From positions 69,678-133,677 of the forward strand of contig JAETSX010000003.1 of assembly GCA_021769425.1 (NCBI GenBank): a DNA stretch of 64,000 nt, written 5' to 3'. Position 1 is the first letter of the stretch; each line of letters opens with the position of its first letter. The notes below the pieces were generated by a model, which saw nothing but the letters and a program-made list of their open reading frames with translations, had not been told where the DNA came from and searched no databases. The DNA comes from Eubacterium sp. (GTDB lineage Bacteria > Bacillota > Clostridia > Lachnospirales > Lachnospiraceae). This document shows, in pieces, positions 61,625 through 64,000 of this stretch. A program made the translations under genes and the position numbers.

Positions 61625-63247
61625 TTACATTGTGCCAGAACAATTCACAATAACATTCGGATCCCAAGGGGCTAACTTTGCAAGTGCGGTATCCGTCATT
61701 TTAGTGCATGGCAGATTTTGTAATAGATATTTCAAATACTTGTAAATGTTCAGGTTATGTGCTTTGGCCATTTCAACCATTGTATATACCGTCGCACTTG
61801 CTTCCGCTCCTTTCGGCGTATCACTAAACAGCCAATTCTTACGGCCTAAAGTAAAGGGGCGGATGGAATTCTCTGACAGGTTATTAGAAAAACTACAACG
61901 TCCATCTTCTAAATATGTCATGGACAGTTCTTTATGATTTTGGGCATAGTTCACCGCTTTCTCAAAGCGCGTTCCTTTTTTAGGAGTCTGCTGTGGGAGC
62001 CATGTCCAAAAAGCATCCAGCACGGGTTTCTCTTTTTGGAGCCGGTATTCCTTCAGCTGTTCATAGGCATGTCCTTTCTGCTGTGACTGCATTTCATATT
62101 CGAACAGTCTGTTACAGCACTGGACTGCCTGGGCTGCCGGATTGCTGTAATCCAGTTCTTTCACTTTGGGGACTGTTTCCACAAAATATCTGCGCAGATG
62201 CGCTGGGCAGCAGCAACGTTTGATATCTGGCAGATTATTATATCCCTGATAACCATCTGTCTCAAGGTAGCCTTTAAATCCTCTCAAGAATTCCTCAGCA
62301 TTAAATTTTGCCCTGGTTTCCGTATACTTATAGAGAAGAATCGGAGGCAGCCCATCTTCTCCTGTATGGAAAAGCCACATATATGAGTCCGTTTCCGCTT
62401 TACGCCCTGGCTCTTTTAAAACCTGGACCCTGGTCTCATCGGCCATAAGGAACTGGCATTTCAAAAGTTCCCGATGGAAATGATCATACAGCGGGCTGAG
62501 ATAATTTCAGGAACAGTGGATGCTCCAGTTTGCCAGTGTTGCCCTTGAGAGGGTGATGCCCATCTGTTTCCAGTCCTGTTCCTGACGGTATAATGGCATG
62601 GCATTGGCATATTTTTGATACATCATCCATGCAACCACGGAGGCTGACGCGTAACTATGGGGAATCAGCGCCTCCGGTACATTCGCTTTTACAAACTGGA
62701 TGTTCCGGGCCATAGCAGACGCAGTGGAGCATTTCGGACATTTTGCTGTTTCCCGGTAGATATTGACGACTTCCCCTTTCGCCGGAGTAAAACGGAACTC
62801 CAGACGGACGAATTCCTTCCCAATGACTTTCATTTCAGTGCCGCAATCTGGGCAATGTTTCTGCTCTTCAGAAAGCGGGAGCGCCTCATCCCTGGATGGG
62901 ACTCCTTTGAAAATTTCATCACCGGTACGTTTGGCATGGCGTGTATGTTCTTTGACAATGGCCGTTTCTGATCCTTGTGACTCATCCATCGGCTGCGCTT
63001 CCTGTTCCGCTTCATTAAACAGGCTTAACTGCCCTTTGTTATTCTTTGATTTTTCGCTGGAAGTGCCGAAGAGCTTCCCTGTAAGATACTCTACCTGCTC
63101 ACGAAGTCCCGTAATTGTAGAATTGCATTCTTCTACTGTGCCACGAAGAGACATGATCAGTTCGTTCTGGCTGCTTATCATCATATTTAATTGGCTGATC
63201 ATATCTTTCTGCTCCATGATCTTGGAGTCTTTTGCATCCTTCGCCAT
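61625..63247 (-). pseudogene. tnpC: IS66 transposase TnpC interrupted by one in-frame TGA
   Basis: The two ORFs (62507-63247 and 61625-62464) are in the same frame: ...ANWSIHCS TGA NYLSPLYDHFHRELLKCQFLMADETRVQVL. Zn-finger CPDCG...CPKCS and a DDE_Tnp_IS66 core are present. Confidence 0.8.
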
Positions 63248-63366
63248 ATGTTTTCTGCCCCTTTTCTGATACTTCTATTTTACCATAAAACGCTCTTGAA
63301 AAGAAGCAGAAAACGCAGTGTTTTCAAGGATTGCAGCAATGTTTGGCTAACCTCTGCCAAAGCATT

Positions 63367-63744
63367 TTATGTAGCTTGTTCTGAAGGACTGTCATCTGCA
63401 ACATCGGAAATCCGGAATGCTTTTGGCTGTTCAATCTCAAGTCCTGACATCAGCCAGTCGAATTGCTGCCAGGTAAGTGACCTTACCTCTTCGGAATTCC
63501 GGGGCCAGCGGAACCGGCCCGGTACCTCCATCCGTTTATAGAGAAGTAAAAAACCATCTCCCTCCCAGAGAAGTGCCTTGATCCTGTCGCATCTTTTCCC
63601 ACAGAACAGATATAGGGCACTGCGCCTTGGGTCCATATGGAGCTTATCCTGCACAATAGCGCAAAGACCATCAATTGCACGTCTCATATCTGTATAGCCA
63701 CAGACGATATTGATTTCATCCGCAGCGGTAATGTCGCCTAACAT
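63367..63744 (-). CDS. tnpB: IS66 Orf2 (TnpB)
   Basis: INIVCGYTDMRRAIDGLCAIVQDKL...LYLFCGKRCDRIKALLWEGDGFLLLYKRME is the canonical IS66 TnpB. Confidence 0.9.
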   Translation of the reverse strand: MLGDITAADEINIVCGYTDMRRAIDGLCAIVQDKLHMDPRRSALYLFCGKRCDRIKALLWEGDGFLLLYKRMEVPGRFRWPRNSEEVRSLTWQQFDWLMSGLEIEQPKAFRISDVADDSPSEQAT

Positions 63745-63956
63745 AATGTTCTCCCCAGGGTTCGGAGCACTTGTTCAAGAAAACGGGCATCTGTTCCCTG
63801 CGGTATCCGGATGGTAACTCCTGACATAAACAGTTCGATTACTGGAATCCCAGATAAAACTGAAGCAGAATAAGGAATGGATTCAGAAATGGATTCAGCT
63901 TCCAACCTGGGAGCCGATGGCTCCTGGAAATTAATTTTCACAATCTCCTGTTTCAT
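63738..63956 (-). CDS. tnpA: IS66 Orf1 (TnpA)
   Basis: 72 aa, overlaps tnpB by 7 nt, with the typical C-terminal VTIRIPQGTDARFLEQVLRTL. Confidence 0.7.
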   Translation of the reverse strand: MKQEIVKINFQEPSAPRLEAESISESIPYSASVLSGIPVIELFMSGVTIRIPQGTDARFLEQVLRTLGRTLC

Positions 63957-64000
63957 AGGATTCCTGCCATGAACAGCAGAAGGGATATCGGAACCTCCTT

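Larger units (their letters stand above)
61509..64000 (-). mobile_element. IS66-family element (tnpA-tnpB-tnpC on the minus strand), truncated by the window end; left boundary uncertain
   Basis: Canonical three-gene IS66 organisation. GTAAGCGCTT at 61509 matches the usual GTAAGCG terminus of IS66 inverted repeats. A similar GTAAGCGTAAAA lies at 61429. Confidence 0.6.

Noticed and set aside
62507-62509. In-frame TGA in tnpC as evidence for stop-codon reassignment or selenocysteine
   Set aside because: Many well-supported genes in the window terminate at TGA at the expected family length (for example 6781-6783, 8080-8082 and 37112-37114). No SECIS-like hairpin is obvious, so a simple nonsense mutation in a mobile element is more parsimonious.
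1-64000. Invertible-promoter (inverton) switches and site-specific recombinases, which are typical of gut-bacterial capsule loci
   Set aside because: I found no recombinase gene. No pair of inverted repeats flanks any of the promoters I could identify, so the only switch-like element supported is the G12 tract.

Overview
The window is 64 kb of nearly continuous cell-envelope glycopolymer biosynthesis. The protein families and codon style suggest a Gram-positive anaerobe, probably Clostridia or Lachnospiraceae-like; this is inference. I saw no rRNA, tRNA or CRISPR array.

Layout:
(1) 1-16.1 kb is a teichoic-acid-type locus. It holds the tail of a sugar transferase, two GT2 enzymes, a TagG/TagH-like ABC exporter, TarI/TarJ CDP-ribitol genes, four TagF-family polyol-phosphate transferases (one a ~1450-aa TagF-HAD-TagF giant) and a GT-C-like membrane protein. 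Two intergenic tandem repeats (59-60 bp and 42 bp) start at gene 3' ends.
(2) 16.2-19.4 kb encodes a secreted 1066-aa parallel beta-helix repeat protein.
(3) 19.4-20.2 kb looks empty in the ORF track but holds a par/Fst-like type I toxin-antitoxin module. It has a 31-aa toxin, a convergent sRNA, a shared terminator and a repeat that covers the toxin start codon.
(4) 20.2-31.4 kb holds two paralogous ligase/polymerase-like proteins, a flippase-like protein, a pyruvyl-transferase::FrhB-like fusion, Ugd and a CapD/PglF-like dehydratase.
(5) 31.6-35.8 kb is a four-gene non-glycan island: a P-loop ATPase with a PD-(D/E)XK domain, a TPR protein, a small EACC1-like protein and an HExxH protein. This is my best candidate for an undescribed conflict or defence system.
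(6) 35.9-53.3 kb is a visibly AT-richer Wzx/Wzy heteropolysaccharide cluster. It has PglE-like, fused double PglD-like and PglC-like genes, TviB/TviC-like genes, glycosyltransferases, Wzy and Wzx. On the opposite strand are a Wzz-like gene and RmlA + aminotransferase + MaoC + GNAT.
(7) 53.5-55.2 kb is a decayed IS3-family copy.
(8) 55.4-61.4 kb is an Arn/Gtr-like lipid-linked amino-sugar decoration module (WecE, ArnE/F-like, ArnC-like, WecD-like, large polytopic protein). Its promoter spacer is a G12 tract, so it is probably phase-variable.
(9) From 61.5 kb an IS66-family element with an in-frame TGA in tnpC runs off the window.

All functional calls come from motif recognition by eye; no database search was possible.
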